From positions 129,711-193,710 of the forward strand of contig JAWBWS010000001.1 of the NCBI GenBank assembly GCA_038999725.1: 64,000 nucleotides of DNA, given 5' to 3'. Origin of the DNA: Candidatus Aenigmatarchaeota archaeon (lineage in GTDB: Archaea > Aenigmatarchaeota > Aenigmatarchaeia > CG10238-14 > SCSR01). Made by a program: the position numbers and the translations under genes. Shown in pieces: positions 29,484 to 39,650 of this stretch (position 1 is the stretch's first letter; the number at the start of each line of letters is the position of its first letter). The notes beneath the pieces are model-generated. The model did not search any database, had not been told where the DNA came from, and was given only the letters and a program-made list of their open reading frames with translations.

Positions 29484-30446
29484 TTATATTTTTATGAAAA
29501 ATATGAAAGATAGAAAACCTATGAAAAACTGGACCAGAAGTAAAATCTTTACGATTGTTTTTTCTTTCACTCTAAAATAATATGGTAATATCCAATAAAT
29601 TGTATAAGGGTTTGGTGGTTTAATGTATCCATTCTTATCAACATCAGCAAATTTTTTATATGGTTTGTGTTTTATTTGCCAATATACAAATAGAAAAAAA
29701 TTAATCAAGTAAAGGGAAGAAAGACTTAAAAGAAATTTTTCCATATTTCCTATTATTGCCATACTTACTAAAACTGTTCCTATTGTAAACGTGCCTACAT
29801 CGCCAGGAAAGACTTTTGCAGGATACCAATTGAATTTTAAAAAAGCAAGTAAAGAACCTAAAAGTATTAAAGAAGTGAAGAAAATTAATTCATTCCCTAT
29901 TAAATGACTTACGATCAAAAACCAGAAAGCGTTAATAGCCCCCAAACCTGCTTCTAACCCATTATATCCAGCCAACATGTTTACCATATTTACTAAACCT
30001 ACAACCCCAAGTGGTATTATCAAGAAAGTGTAAATATTACCCAAATCTATGGGCCCGAAAAAAGGAATATCAACTATAGTATAGCCAACCCTAGCTATCA
30101 TTAAAGGAAGGGCAATAATTAAAGGAAGTATGAGTTTGTTCCTCCATCTTATTTCTATAAGCTGATCTTGAAGACCTAAAAGACCAGCAATCAGAATCGA
30201 AGAAAAAATTGAAAAAAACTTTAAATTGGTGGTGGTGTTTTGTATGGTTAGCCACAAACCGTAAATTAACAAACAAATTATAATAGAAAAAAGAAAAACA
30301 GTACCACCTGCTTCTGTAACTTTTGGTTTGTTTGGTTTATGTACATCTATTCCGAAAATTCCTTTTTTCTTAGCCAGAGGTATCCAATATTTGAGAAAAA
30401 TAAATGTTAATGAAAAAGACAATATAAACAAGGCTATATTTAACAT
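29484..30446 (-). CDS. UDP-HexNAc:polyprenyl-phosphate HexNAc-1-P transferase (MraY/WecA/AglH family)
   Basis: Multi-TM. NMVNMLAGYNGLEAGLG resembles the WecA/MraY NxxNxxDGxDGL motif. Confidence 0.6.
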   Translation of the reverse strand: MLNIALFILSFSLTFIFLKYWIPLAKKKGIFGIDVHKPNKPKVTEAGGTVFLFSIIICLLIYGLWLTIQNTTTNLKFFSIFSSILIAGLLGLQDQLIEIRWRNKLILPLIIALPLMIARVGYTIVDIPFFGPIDLGNIYTFLIIPLGVVGLVNMVNMLAGYNGLEAGLGAINAFWFLIVSHLIGNELIFFTSLILLGSLLAFLKFNWYPAKVFPGDVGTFTIGTVLVSMAIIGNMEKFLLSLSSLYLINFFLFVYWQIKHKPYKKFADVDKNGYIKPPNPYTIYWILPYYFRVKEKTIVKILLLVQFFIGFLSFIFFIKI

Positions 30447-30499
30447 AACTAATAGAAAATGTCTTTTAATTTTATAAATAGCTTTTCAAAATAGATAAC

Positions 30500-31657
30500 A
30501 TGAAGAAAAAAATAATGATAGTATTGGGAACAAGATCGGAAATAATAAAATTTTCTTCAATAATTAGAGAATTAAAAAGAAGGAAAATTTTTGATGTCAA
30601 AATTTTACATACAGGACAACATGAAACAAAAGATTTGATGAAATTATTAGATTTGCCTGAACCAGACATATACTTGGGAGAGTCATTAAGGAAAAAATGG
30701 GCAAGAAAGGGAAAAATGTATTCAATTTTACTGGCAGTATTTTGGCTTATGAAAACTTTTTTAGGAATAAGAAGAACCATTATCAAGGAAAAACCCGATG
30801 CTATTTTCTATCAAGGAAATTGTATGAGTGTTCCTATAACAGTGTTTGCAGCAAAGAGTGTTTCAAAAAAAATAATTTTAATTCATAGAGAATCGGGAAT
30901 AAGAACTCATAATATTTTTGAACCATTTCTAGGAGAATTGAGCGAAATAATTGGAGACAGGTTTGCCGACATATTATTTACACCAAGTAAAGTTGCTGAA
31001 AATAATTTAAAAAAAGAAAAAATTAGAGGATTGATCTTTAATGTTGGGGATCCGCATGTTGAAATCATTGATTATGTATTGAAAAGGTTAAAATTAGCTG
31101 AAGGGTATAAAAAAGAAAAATATATTAAAGGGTATAAAAAAGAAAAATATATTATTGTTAATGTTATACGCTTTGAGAATATAAACAACAAAAATAAAAT
31201 GAAGAACCTGGTTGAAATATTGATAAAATCCCCTTTTAAAGTCATATTTCCTATGAATCCCAACACTAAAGATAAACTAAAGCGATTTGGATTTTGGGGT
31301 GAACTAGAAAAACATCCTCACATCGTTTTGTGTGACCCTTATAATTATATAGATTTTTTGTATTTGATAAAAAATAGTGAAGCTGTTTTAACCGATAGTG
31401 GAGGTGTTCAACAAGAGGCTTTTATTTTGAAAGTACCTTGTATATTTCTTGGAAAAATAAATGTTTGGAAAGAATTTGAAAATATTGGAGTTGTTAGATC
31501 TACAGAATTTGATGTAAAAAAGACTTTAAAATTGCTTCAGGAAATAAAAAATAAAGGATACTTTTATAAAAAAGTAAAGAAAGCTAAATATCCTCTAGGT
31601 GATGGTAAAGCAACAAAAAAAATAGTTGATATTTTAGAAAAAAAGTTAGGGGTATAG
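30500..31657 (+). CDS. wecB: UDP-N-acetylglucosamine 2-epimerase (non-hydrolysing, WecB/WbpI-like)
   Basis: IMIVLGTRSEIIKFSSII at the N-terminus. DSGGVQQEA near the C-terminus. Confidence 0.75.
   Translation: MKKKIMIVLGTRSEIIKFSSIIRELKRRKIFDVKILHTGQHETKDLMKLLDLPEPDIYLGESLRKKWARKGKMYSILLAVFWLMKTFLGIRRTIIKEKPDAIFYQGNCMSVPITVFAAKSVSKKIILIHRESGIRTHNIFEPFLGELSEIIGDRFADILFTPSKVAENNLKKEKIRGLIFNVGDPHVEIIDYVLKRLKLAEGYKKEKYIKGYKKEKYIIVNVIRFENINNKNKMKNLVEILIKSPFKVIFPMNPNTKDKLKRFGFWGELEKHPHIVLCDPYNYIDFLYLIKNSEAVLTDSGGVQQEAFILKVPCIFLGKINVWKEFENIGVVRSTEFDVKKTLKLLQEIKNKGYFYKKVKKAKYPLGDGKATKKIVDILEKKLGV
31103..31156 (+). repeat. In-frame 27-nt tandem duplication inside wecB
   Basis: gggtataaaaaagaaaaatatatt appears at 31103-31126 and 31130-31153, separated by 3 nt. 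It duplicates the peptide GYKKEKYI(K/I). Confidence 0.8.
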
Positions 31658-31663
31658 CTATTC

Positions 31664-33520
31664 ATGTGTGGTATAGCTGGTTATTTCGGAATCGAAAATA
31701 AATTACTACTTAAAAAAATGCTCAAAATTTTAAAACATCGTGGTCCTGATGATTGTGGAGTATTCTTTGATAAAAATATAGCTCTTGGTAATAGAAGGCT
31801 TTCCATTATAGATATAAAACTTGGTAAGCAACCAATCCATAATGAAAAAAAAGATATTTGGATAGTATTTAATGGAGAAATTTACAACTTCCTTGAGTTA
31901 AGAGAAGAGCTGATAAAACTCGGTCACAATTTCTATACAAAAAGTGATACAGAAACAATTGTTCATGCTTATGAAGAATGGGGTGTAAAGTGCTTAGAAA
32001 AATTAAATGGAATGTTTGCCTTTGCTATTTGGGATAAGAGAAAAAGGATATTATTTTTAGCTAGAGATAGATTTGGTATAAAACCGCTTTATTACTATTT
32101 GGATGGGAAAAAATTCATTTTTGCTTCTGAAATAAAAGCAATTCTGCAAGATAAATCTATTCAAATAATGCCAAATGAAAAATCAATTTATAAGTTTTTA
32201 GTTTACGGTTTTAATGACGATGAAGAAGAAACTTTTTTTGAAGGTATTAAAAGATTGTTGCCTGCACACTATATGGTTGTTAAAAAGAATGATATAAAAA
32301 TAAAAAGGTATTGGAAGTTAAAAATAGGTAAAAGATTGAAGAAGTTCAAAAATGAAGATGAAATAGCAGAACAACTTTACAATCTTTTAGAAGATAGTAT
32401 AAAAAAACATTTGATAAGTGAAGTTCCTGTTGGGACTTGTTTGAGTGGTGGTATAGATTCTTCTCTGATAGTTTGTGTTATCAATAAACTTTTGAAAAAG
32501 AATGGCAATCTTACCAAAGTTATTGGTGAAATGCAAAAAACTTTTTCAGCAGTTTATGATGATAAAAAAATTGATGAAAGAAAATATATTGAAGAAATAA
32601 TAAAATTCACGGGGGTAGAAAAAAACTACACTTTTCCTTCTTCTAAAAAATTGTGGAAAGATTTGAAAAAAATTGTTTATTTCCAGGACGAGCCTTTTTT
32701 AGGACCAAGCATATATGCTCAATGGGAAGTCATGAAATTAGCAAGTAAAAAAGTTAAAGTCTTGCTTGATGGCCAAGGTGGGGATGAAATTTTTGCTGGT
32801 TATATACCTTACTATGGAATTTACTTCAGAAACTTGTTAAAAGAAAAGAAATATTTTCAACTTTTGAAAGAGTTCTTGCTAAGCTTGGATTTAACTCTAC
32901 CTTTTGTTTTTAAATATTTTTCACAGAAAAGGGTTGAAAGTGAAATAAAAAAAATGCTTGATGAAAATTTTGTAAAAAAATATGAAAAGAAAGTTAAAAA
33001 TAAGTGGATTGGTAATGATTTAGCTAAATTTTTGCAGTTAGAAATAACCAAAACCAGCCTTCCAAGACTTTTAAGGTATGAAGATAGAAATTCTTCAGCA
33101 TTTTCAATAGAAGCTAGGGTGCCTTTTCTTGATCATAGGATTGTTGAGTTTGTTTTTTCTTTACCTATTTCGATGAGAATAAAAAATGGTTGGACAAAAT
33201 ATATTTTAAGAAAAGCTGTAAAGGGGATAGTGCCTGAAAAAATTAGATGGAGAAGAAGTAAAATAGGATTTGCTGTGCCTGAAAAAAAGTGGTTGATAGA
33301 ATTAAAAGACAAGATAACGAAAATTTTTCTTTCAAAAGAATTTGAAAGTAGAAAATATTTTAATCAAGAAGAAATTGTCAGAAAATTTAAATATTTTTGT
33401 GAAGGAAAACTTAATGAAGAACATGCTAGAATTTTTTGGAGGATTTTAGTTTTGGAATTTTGGTTTAGAGTTTTTCTTAATAGAAAGGGGAATGAAATTG
33501 CTAATATTAAATATATGTGA
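31664..33520 (+). CDS. Asparagine synthetase (glutamine-hydrolysing) family amidotransferase, WbpG/AsnB-like
   Basis: N-terminal Ntn nucleophile MCGIAGYFG. Reads RGPDD. PP-loop SGGIDSS. Confidence 0.75.
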   Translation: MCGIAGYFGIENKLLLKKMLKILKHRGPDDCGVFFDKNIALGNRRLSIIDIKLGKQPIHNEKKDIWIVFNGEIYNFLELREELIKLGHNFYTKSDTETIVHAYEEWGVKCLEKLNGMFAFAIWDKRKRILFLARDRFGIKPLYYYLDGKKFIFASEIKAILQDKSIQIMPNEKSIYKFLVYGFNDDEEETFFEGIKRLLPAHYMVVKKNDIKIKRYWKLKIGKRLKKFKNEDEIAEQLYNLLEDSIKKHLISEVPVGTCLSGGIDSSLIVCVINKLLKKNGNLTKVIGEMQKTFSAVYDDKKIDERKYIEEIIKFTGVEKNYTFPSSKKLWKDLKKIVYFQDEPFLGPSIYAQWEVMKLASKKVKVLLDGQGGDEIFAGYIPYYGIYFRNLLKEKKYFQLLKEFLLSLDLTLPFVFKYFSQKRVESEIKKMLDENFVKKYEKKVKNKWIGNDLAKFLQLEITKTSLPRLLRYEDRNSSAFSIEARVPFLDHRIVEFVFSLPISMRIKNGWTKYILRKAVKGIVPEKIRWRRSKIGFAVPEKKWLIELKDKITKIFLSKEFESRKYFNQEEIVRKFKYFCEGKLNEEHARIFWRILVLEFWFRVFLNRKGNEIANIKYM

Positions 33521-33726
33521 TTTAAAATGAGATTAATTTTAGATTTAGCCTAAAAAGTAGTAAAACAAATCATATTCGAGGAAAATAATAACTCATGCTA
33601 ATAAGTTATTATTTTAAAAAACATAATTAAGGTGATTAAATAAAGATAATTCATTGTCCAACAGACGTATCAAAACAGGCATGGGTTTTATCAAGAGCTC
33701 AAAGAAAACTTGGTTTCAATAGCGAT

Positions 33727-34632
33727 GTGATGGTGTATAGATCTAACCAATACTATAATTTTAATTATGAATATAATTTCCACTTAGAAAACTATCCAAT
33801 ACCAATAAAATATGTTGTTGGATTGTATAAATCCATTAAGTTTGTTCATAAAATGCTTAAAAAATATGATGTTTTTCATTTTCATACTAAAAGTATTTTA
33901 CCTTTAAATTATGATGCAATCCTTGCGAAAGTAAATAAGAAAAAAATTATTTTTCATTTTCATGGTTGTGAAATAAGACTATTCTATCATGGGCCATGTC
34001 GAATGTGTCTAAAAATAAATAAAAATTCTAAGATAAAATTAATTCAAAATGCTAATAAATTATCAGACAAAATAATTGTTTCGACACCAGATTTACTAAA
34101 ACAACTACCAAACTCTCTGTGGATAGAAAATTCTATAGATATCGAAGAATGGAAATATGAGAAAAAAATAAAAACAGATGATATAGTAAGAATCGTCCAT
34201 TCACCAAGTGATAGAATCCTCAAAGGCACACAATATATAGAATATGCTGTCGACCAGCTTAAAAAATCAGGATATAAAGTAGAATTGATTTTATTAGAAA
34301 ACATTCCAAATACAAAAGTAAGAGAATTTATAGAAAAAGCGGATATAGCTATTGACCAATTAAATGTTGGTTGGTATGGTGTTTTTGCTATAGAATCTAT
34401 GTGTATGGGCATTCCAACTTGTGTATATATAAGAAATGATTTAGAAGAATTTGCTAAAAAGCGTCCAATAATAAATGTTAATCCAAAAAATTTACTAGAA
34501 ATCTTAAGAATTCTAATTGAAGATGAGAAATTGAGGAAAAATATTGGTAAGAAAAGTAGAAAATTTGTTAGGTCCAATCATAACTCTATTAAAAATGCAA
34601 AAAAAATTATAAAATTATACGAAAGTTATTAA
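33727..34632 (+). CDS. Glycosyltransferase (GT4-like C-terminal domain). The ORF is open in frame back to an ATA codon at 33640.
   Basis: GVFAIESMCMGIPTCV is an E-x7-E-like region of GT4. Upstream in frame, IKIIHCPTDVSKQAWVLSRAQRKLG looks like a genuine GT4 N-terminus. It begins at ATA preceded by AAGGTGAT. Confidence 0.5.
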   Translation: MMVYRSNQYYNFNYEYNFHLENYPIPIKYVVGLYKSIKFVHKMLKKYDVFHFHTKSILPLNYDAILAKVNKKKIIFHFHGCEIRLFYHGPCRMCLKINKNSKIKLIQNANKLSDKIIVSTPDLLKQLPNSLWIENSIDIEEWKYEKKIKTDDIVRIVHSPSDRILKGTQYIEYAVDQLKKSGYKVELILLENIPNTKVREFIEKADIAIDQLNVGWYGVFAIESMCMGIPTCVYIRNDLEEFAKKRPIINVNPKNLLEILRILIEDEKLRKNIGKKSRKFVRSNHNSIKNAKKIIKLYESY

Positions 34633-34647
34633 AACTAAGGTAATATA

Positions 34648-35925
34648 ATGAAATTATCAATTTTCGGTCTAGGAAACATAGGCTTACCTTTGACCTGTAT
34701 TTTTGCTTCTATAGGAAAAGTTATAGCTGCTGATATAGACAAGAAAAAAATTAACCAAATAAATAAGGGTGAATGTCCGTTAAAAAATGAAGAGTTTGTT
34801 CCAGAATTATTAAGGAAATACGTGAAGGAAAAGAAAATAGAAGCTACTACAGATTTAGAATATACGGCAAAAAACTCTGATGTTAAGGTAATAATTGTTC
34901 CCTTAATTATAGACAAAAACAAAAAAATTGATTTTTCTAATATAGTTTCAGTTTCTGAAGTGATAGGAAAAAATTTGAAAAAAGGTGATTTAGTTATTGT
35001 TTCGACTACAATGCCAATTGGTGCAACAAGGAATGTTGTTAGTAAAATTTTGGAAGAAAAATCTGACCTTAAAGCTGGTGAAGATTTTTATCTTGTCTAT
35101 GCTCCTGAACAAGCTATGAATCCACATGTAATTAAAGATTTAACAGAAAATTACGAGCAGATAATTGGAGGTGTAAATCAAGAGTCTGCCGAAAAAGCTA
35201 AAGCTATTTATGAAAAAATAAATAAGAAAGGTGTAATTGTTGTTAGGAATTGTGAAACTGCTGAACTAATAAAGCTAGCTGGAGCCGGTATTTATAGATA
35301 TGTCAACATAGCTTTAGCAGCAGAAATTGCGAAAATTTGTGAAAATTTTGATATCGACTTCATTGAAGTTATGGAAAAAACCAATTTAATTAAACATTAT
35401 CACTTACACAAACCAACAATAGGTGTTGGTGGACATTGTGTTCCTGTTTATCCATATTTCGTTTTTAATAATTTCAAAGATCAGAAACTTCTTGAAGCTA
35501 GTATTAAAATAAATGAAAACCTTCCAAGACATTCAATCAATATAATTAAAAAATTTTTTGGCAGTTTGAAGGGGAAGAAGATAGGAGTTTTTGGCTTGAG
35601 TTATAGGGGAAATGTGAAAGAAGACAGATTTTCACCAACTTATGAAATAATAAAAATATTGAAAAGAGAAGGTGTAAAAGTATTTATTAACGACCCATAT
35701 TACACAAAAGAAGAATTAGAATTAAAAACAGGTGTGAAATATATTGGCGAAAATGAAATGAATAAACTAGATGGGATAATTATAGCTACTGACCACGAAA
35801 GATACAAGAGTTTAGATTTTCCTAAAAATTTGAAATTTGTGTTTGATGGTAAAAGTTTCTTAGACCCTGAAAAAATAAAGAAGAAAGGTATAAAATATTT
35901 GGCTGTAGGGAGGTTATGCTTTTGA
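34648..35925 (+). CDS. UDP-sugar 6-dehydrogenase (UDP-glucose/GDP-mannose dehydrogenase family, WbpA/WecC-like)
   Basis: N-terminal Rossmann motif IFGLGNIGLP. Catalytic Cys region GGHCVP. Confidence 0.75.
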   Translation: MKLSIFGLGNIGLPLTCIFASIGKVIAADIDKKKINQINKGECPLKNEEFVPELLRKYVKEKKIEATTDLEYTAKNSDVKVIIVPLIIDKNKKIDFSNIVSVSEVIGKNLKKGDLVIVSTTMPIGATRNVVSKILEEKSDLKAGEDFYLVYAPEQAMNPHVIKDLTENYEQIIGGVNQESAEKAKAIYEKINKKGVIVVRNCETAELIKLAGAGIYRYVNIALAAEIAKICENFDIDFIEVMEKTNLIKHYHLHKPTIGVGGHCVPVYPYFVFNNFKDQKLLEASIKINENLPRHSINIIKKFFGSLKGKKIGVFGLSYRGNVKEDRFSPTYEIIKILKREGVKVFINDPYYTKEELELKTGVKYIGENEMNKLDGIIIATDHERYKSLDFPKNLKFVFDGKSFLDPEKIKKKGIKYLAVGRLCF

Positions 35926-36932
35926 GTGAACTTAAAGCTGGTGTGATTGGTTTAGGTAGCATGGGTCAACATCATGCTAGACATTATTTTAATTTTCAAG
36001 ATGTAAATCTTATAGCTGTCTCTGATATTGATGATAATAAAGTAGAAATTGCAAAAAAATACAATTGCAAATTTTACAATAATTACAAAGAGATGCTTGA
36101 GAAAGAAAATTTAGATATCGTTTCTATAGCAGTTCCTACTTCTCTTCACAAGAAAGTGGCAGTTGATGTTTTAAATAAAGGAATTCACGTCCTGATTGAG
36201 AAACCAATTTCCTATGATTTAAGAAGTGCAAAAGAGATTTTAAAAGCTGCTAAAAAAAATAAAGTAAAGTTAATGGTAGGTCATATAGAAAGATTTAATC
36301 CAGTTATAAGAAAATTAAAAAAGTTAATTGAAGAGAAGGAGTTTGGTGAGATTTTATCAATAGAACTAAAAAGACTTTCAATATATCATCCTAGGATAAG
36401 AGATTGTGGTGTTATAATTGATTTGGGAATTCATGACATTGATTTAGTGAACTTTCTTTTGAATCAAAAATTAAAGAGTATTTATGTTACTGCATTTCAC
36501 AAATTCGTGCCAAATCCCGAATTTGAGGATTATGCAAATATAATTCTAAACTTTAAAAACAACACAATTGGAAAAATAGAAGTCAGTTGGATTTCGCCAA
36601 TAAAAATTAGAGAAATAACCTTAATTGGATCTAAAAATTGTTGTAAAGTTTACACACTCCAACAAAAAATTGAAATAACAGAAAGTTTCTTGGAAAAGAA
36701 GAACACTTTAACATGGGAAGACTATCAAGAATTTATTAAAAAGTTTGAACCAAAAGTGAAAATTCTACAAGAAGAAAATATAGAACCCTTGCAAATAGAA
36801 CTTAGAAGTTTTGTAGATTCTGTAAAATTTGATAAACCTGTTCTTGTAACTGGTGAAGAAGCGCTAAAAGCTTTGGAAATTGCTACAAAAGCTATAGAAT
36901 CTTATAAAACTGGAAAAGTTATTTTTGTGTGA
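35916..36932 (+). CDS. Gfo/Idh/MocA-family NAD-dependent oxidoreductase (WbpB-like UDP-sugar 3-dehydrogenase)
   Basis: N-terminal Rossmann motif [13 protein letters not shown]. The EKP motif (LIEKPIS). Confidence 0.7.
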   Translation: MLLSELKAGVIGLGSMGQHHARHYFNFQDVNLIAVSDIDDNKVEIAKKYNCKFYNNYKEMLEKENLDIVSIAVPTSLHKKVAVDVLNKGIHVLIEKPISYDLRSAKEILKAAKKNKVKLMVGHIERFNPVIRKLKKLIEEKEFGEILSIELKRLSIYHPRIRDCGVIIDLGIHDIDLVNFLLNQKLKSIYVTAFHKFVPNPEFEDYANIILNFKNNTIGKIEVSWISPIKIREITLIGSKNCCKVYTLQQKIEITESFLEKKNTLTWEDYQEFIKKFEPKVKILQEENIEPLQIELRSFVDSVKFDKPVLVTGEEALKALEIATKAIESYKTGKVIFV

Positions 36933-38004
36933 AAAATTCTTTGATAGAATTCACAATCAAATCCAAATCCCTTTTTGTTAAACTTGGATGAACTGGTAAA
37001 GACAAAACCTCTTTTGAAAGTTTTTCTGCCACAGGTAAAGAATCTTTATATCCAAGCTGTTGATAAAACTTTTGTTTATGAATTGGTAAAGGATAGTAAA
37101 CTGCAGTTTGAATTTCTCTTTTTTCCAAAAACTCTTTCAGTTCATCTCTTTTTTTAGTTTTTATGGTAAATTGATGAAAAACATGTTTAACATTTTCTGC
37201 AATGAAGGGTGTTTCTACTTCTTCAATATTTTTCAGTTGCTCTATTAAGAACTTAGCATTCTCTATCCTTTTAGCATTTAGAATCTCTAGTTTATTAAAC
37301 TGGGCAAGACCAATAGCAGCAGCTATATCAGTCATCCTGTAATTATAGCCTAAAGAATCAACAAAGTACCTTTGGTATTCTCCATGACTTCTTATTTTTC
37401 TACACTTCTCAGCTATTTTTTCATCATTTGTTACAACCATGCCGCCTTCCCCAGTTGTGATGTTTTTTGTAGGATAAAAGCTAAAAATAGCACAGTCACC
37501 AAAAGACCCTACTTTCTTACCATCAAACTCTGCACCAAGAGCTTGAGCAGCATCTTCAACCAAAATCAAATCATTATCTTCACAAATTTCAGTCAAACTT
37601 TTCACATCAGCAGGATGGCCATATAAATGAACAGGTAAAATTGCTTTCGTCTTATCTGTTATTTTTTCTTCAATTTTTGTTGGATCTATGTTGAAAGTCT
37701 TTTCATCTACATCTACAAATACAGGTCTGGCTCCACAATACAAAATTGAATTTGCCGTCGCAACAAAAGTGAAAGGTGTTGTTATGACTTCGTCCCCAGG
37801 TTTAATTCCAACTGCAAGTAAAGCTGTATGTAAAGCGGTTGTACCTGAAGATGTCGCCACAGCATACTTGACTCCAATATATTCTGCTATCTTTTCTTCA
37901 AATTCTTTCACTTTTGGCCCTTGTGCAAGCATGCCAGATTTTAAAACTTCCTTCACTGCTTCAATCTCTTCTTCACTAATTATAGGGGAAGCTATTTTTA
38001 TCAT
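36919..38004 (-). CDS. DegT/DnrJ/EryC1/StrS-family PLP-dependent sugar aminotransferase (WbpE-like)
   Basis: Reads [28 protein letters not shown] contains the PLP-binding Lys. Confidence 0.8.
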   Translation of the reverse strand: MIKIASPIISEEEIEAVKEVLKSGMLAQGPKVKEFEEKIAEYIGVKYAVATSSGTTALHTALLAVGIKPGDEVITTPFTFVATANSILYCGARPVFVDVDEKTFNIDPTKIEEKITDKTKAILPVHLYGHPADVKSLTEICEDNDLILVEDAAQALGAEFDGKKVGSFGDCAIFSFYPTKNITTGEGGMVVTNDEKIAEKCRKIRSHGEYQRYFVDSLGYNYRMTDIAAAIGLAQFNKLEILNAKRIENAKFLIEQLKNIEEVETPFIAENVKHVFHQFTIKTKKRDELKEFLEKREIQTAVYYPLPIHKQKFYQQLGYKDSLPVAEKLSKEVLSLPVHPSLTKRDLDLIVNSIKEFFTQK

Positions 38005-38591
38005 TTGAATTTCCTCTCTATTTCTCTAGCTGGATTGCCAACAACAACTGAATTTGGGGCAACATTTTTTGTCACAACTGCCCCTGCACCAACTACACTA
38101 TTTTCACCAATTTCTATACCAGGAAGTATGATTGCCCCTGCCCCTATTCTAACACCTTTTCTTATGATTGGTCCCTTTAAGATTGGTCTTTCTTTACTAA
38201 CTTGTGGGTTGATCATATACTTATCATTTGTTAAGATACAGTTTGGCCCAAGAAATACATCATCTTCTATAACAGTTTCTTTTGGTATATAAACGCCTGT
38301 TTGAATTGAAACATTATTACCTATTCTTGTATTACCATCAATAACGGTAGCTGTTCCAACAACAACATTATCCCCTATAATTGTGTTTTCCCTTATCAAA
38401 ACATTATGTCCTGTCCTGAACTTTTTCCCTATTTTTACATTTTTATATATAATTGTACCTCTCCTTATAATGGAACTATCTCCTATCTCTACCTTTCCTT
38501 CAATCTCAGGTGGGAATTCTCCTATGCTCACGTTTTCTTGAATCTCAACAAATTCTCCAAGAAGAATATTCCCTTCAACCATTTCTCCCAC
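38001..38591 (-). CDS. Hexapeptide-repeat (left-handed beta-helix) sugar N-acetyltransferase (WbpD-like)
   Basis: Repeated [LIV]G-x-x-x-x-I hexapeptides throughout. 4-nt overlap with the aminotransferase gene. Confidence 0.7.
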   Translation of the reverse strand: MGEMVEGNILLGEFVEIQENVSIGEFPPEIEGKVEIGDSSIIRRGTIIYKNVKIGKKFRTGHNVLIRENTIIGDNVVVGTATVIDGNTRIGNNVSIQTGVYIPKETVIEDDVFLGPNCILTNDKYMINPQVSKERPILKGPIIRKGVRIGAGAIILPGIEIGENSVVGAGAVVTKNVAPNSVVVGNPAREIERKFK

Positions 38592-38650
38592 TTCAAATTA
38601 TTATAAATCTTTTAATTTATAAGTTAAACTTCAACAACTAAAAGATAAGC

Positions 38651-39634
38651 TTACCTAAAATCACTTATTAATTTCTTAAGAACATCAAAACCATAAATTT
38701 GTGAGATGGTTATTGCTCCAATAGAATTTTCACAAAAATGAACAAGAGTTCTATAAATCAAAACTGCTGAAGTTGCTTGAGGTATTGGAACTCCTAAAGA
38801 AGATAAGAGGAAGACTAGTATAGCCTCTATTGAACCCAAGCCACCTGGTATAAAAGTCAAGCTTCCTAAAAGAACAGAAATTAAAGGTAATGTGAAAAAA
38901 ACTAAAGGTAATTTTATTCCAACGGCCTTGATTGAAAACAAAAATATCAAACATTCAAGAATCCAAATTAAAAAAGTTAACAAAAATATTCTTGAAAGCA
39001 TTTGTGAATTCTTAAGCTGAGTGAAACCTATAGAAAAATTTCTTACAACTTCTGATAAATCTTTACTGAATTTCTTTATAATTGGAAGCTTTATTGTTAT
39101 TCTTAAAAAAAGTAACATGAATTTTTTACTATTCAAAGCAAATAGAGTTAAAATTGAAATAGAGAAGAAAAATACCATTCCAAAAAAAGCTAAAGTGATA
39201 ATATGGGATGGAAGAAACTTTGCAATTGCTTGAAGGGCTGTTAAGGAGAACAAAATATAGACAAAAACATCTAGAGCTCTCTCCGTCAATACAAGAGGAA
39301 CCGTTCTTGAAGCATGTATTTTAAATTTGAGCTTCAAGAAATAACCCCTCAAGAACTCAAAAGCTTTGAATGGAACCAAATTACCAATAAACATCGCTGA
39401 ATTGAAACTATAGAAAGCATGGGAATAAGGAATTTTGATATTCACAGACTTGAGAAAGTAAAGCCACCTCAAAGATTTAAGAAAAACAGAAAAAAAGAAG
39501 CAAAGGGTTGCTAAAATAAGAAAGGTCAAATCTGATCTTAAAATGATGTGAACAACCTCATTTATACCTGAAAAATAAACTATCAAGACTAAAATAATTG
39601 CCCCAATAAAAAAACTCAAAAACTTCAACTTCAT
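38651..39634 (-). CDS. Integral membrane protein (flippase-like/UPF0104-type, ~8 TM)
   Basis: Hydrophobic profile only. Sits inside the glycan island. Confidence 0.35.
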   Translation of the reverse strand: MKLKFLSFFIGAIILVLIVYFSGINEVVHIILRSDLTFLILATLCFFFSVFLKSLRWLYFLKSVNIKIPYSHAFYSFNSAMFIGNLVPFKAFEFLRGYFLKLKFKIHASRTVPLVLTERALDVFVYILFSLTALQAIAKFLPSHIITLAFFGMVFFFSISILTLFALNSKKFMLLFLRITIKLPIIKKFSKDLSEVVRNFSIGFTQLKNSQMLSRIFLLTFLIWILECLIFLFSIKAVGIKLPLVFFTLPLISVLLGSLTFIPGGLGSIEAILVFLLSSLGVPIPQATSAVLIYRTLVHFCENSIGAITISQIYGFDVLKKLISDFR

Positions 39635-39650
39635 AAAAATTAATTTGACT

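Noticed and set aside
30472-30786. 104-aa minus-strand ORF overlapping the wecB start
   Set aside because: It overlaps the 5' end of the well-supported UDP-GlcNAc 2-epimerase gene on the opposite strand and the AT-rich intergenic region. No motifs.
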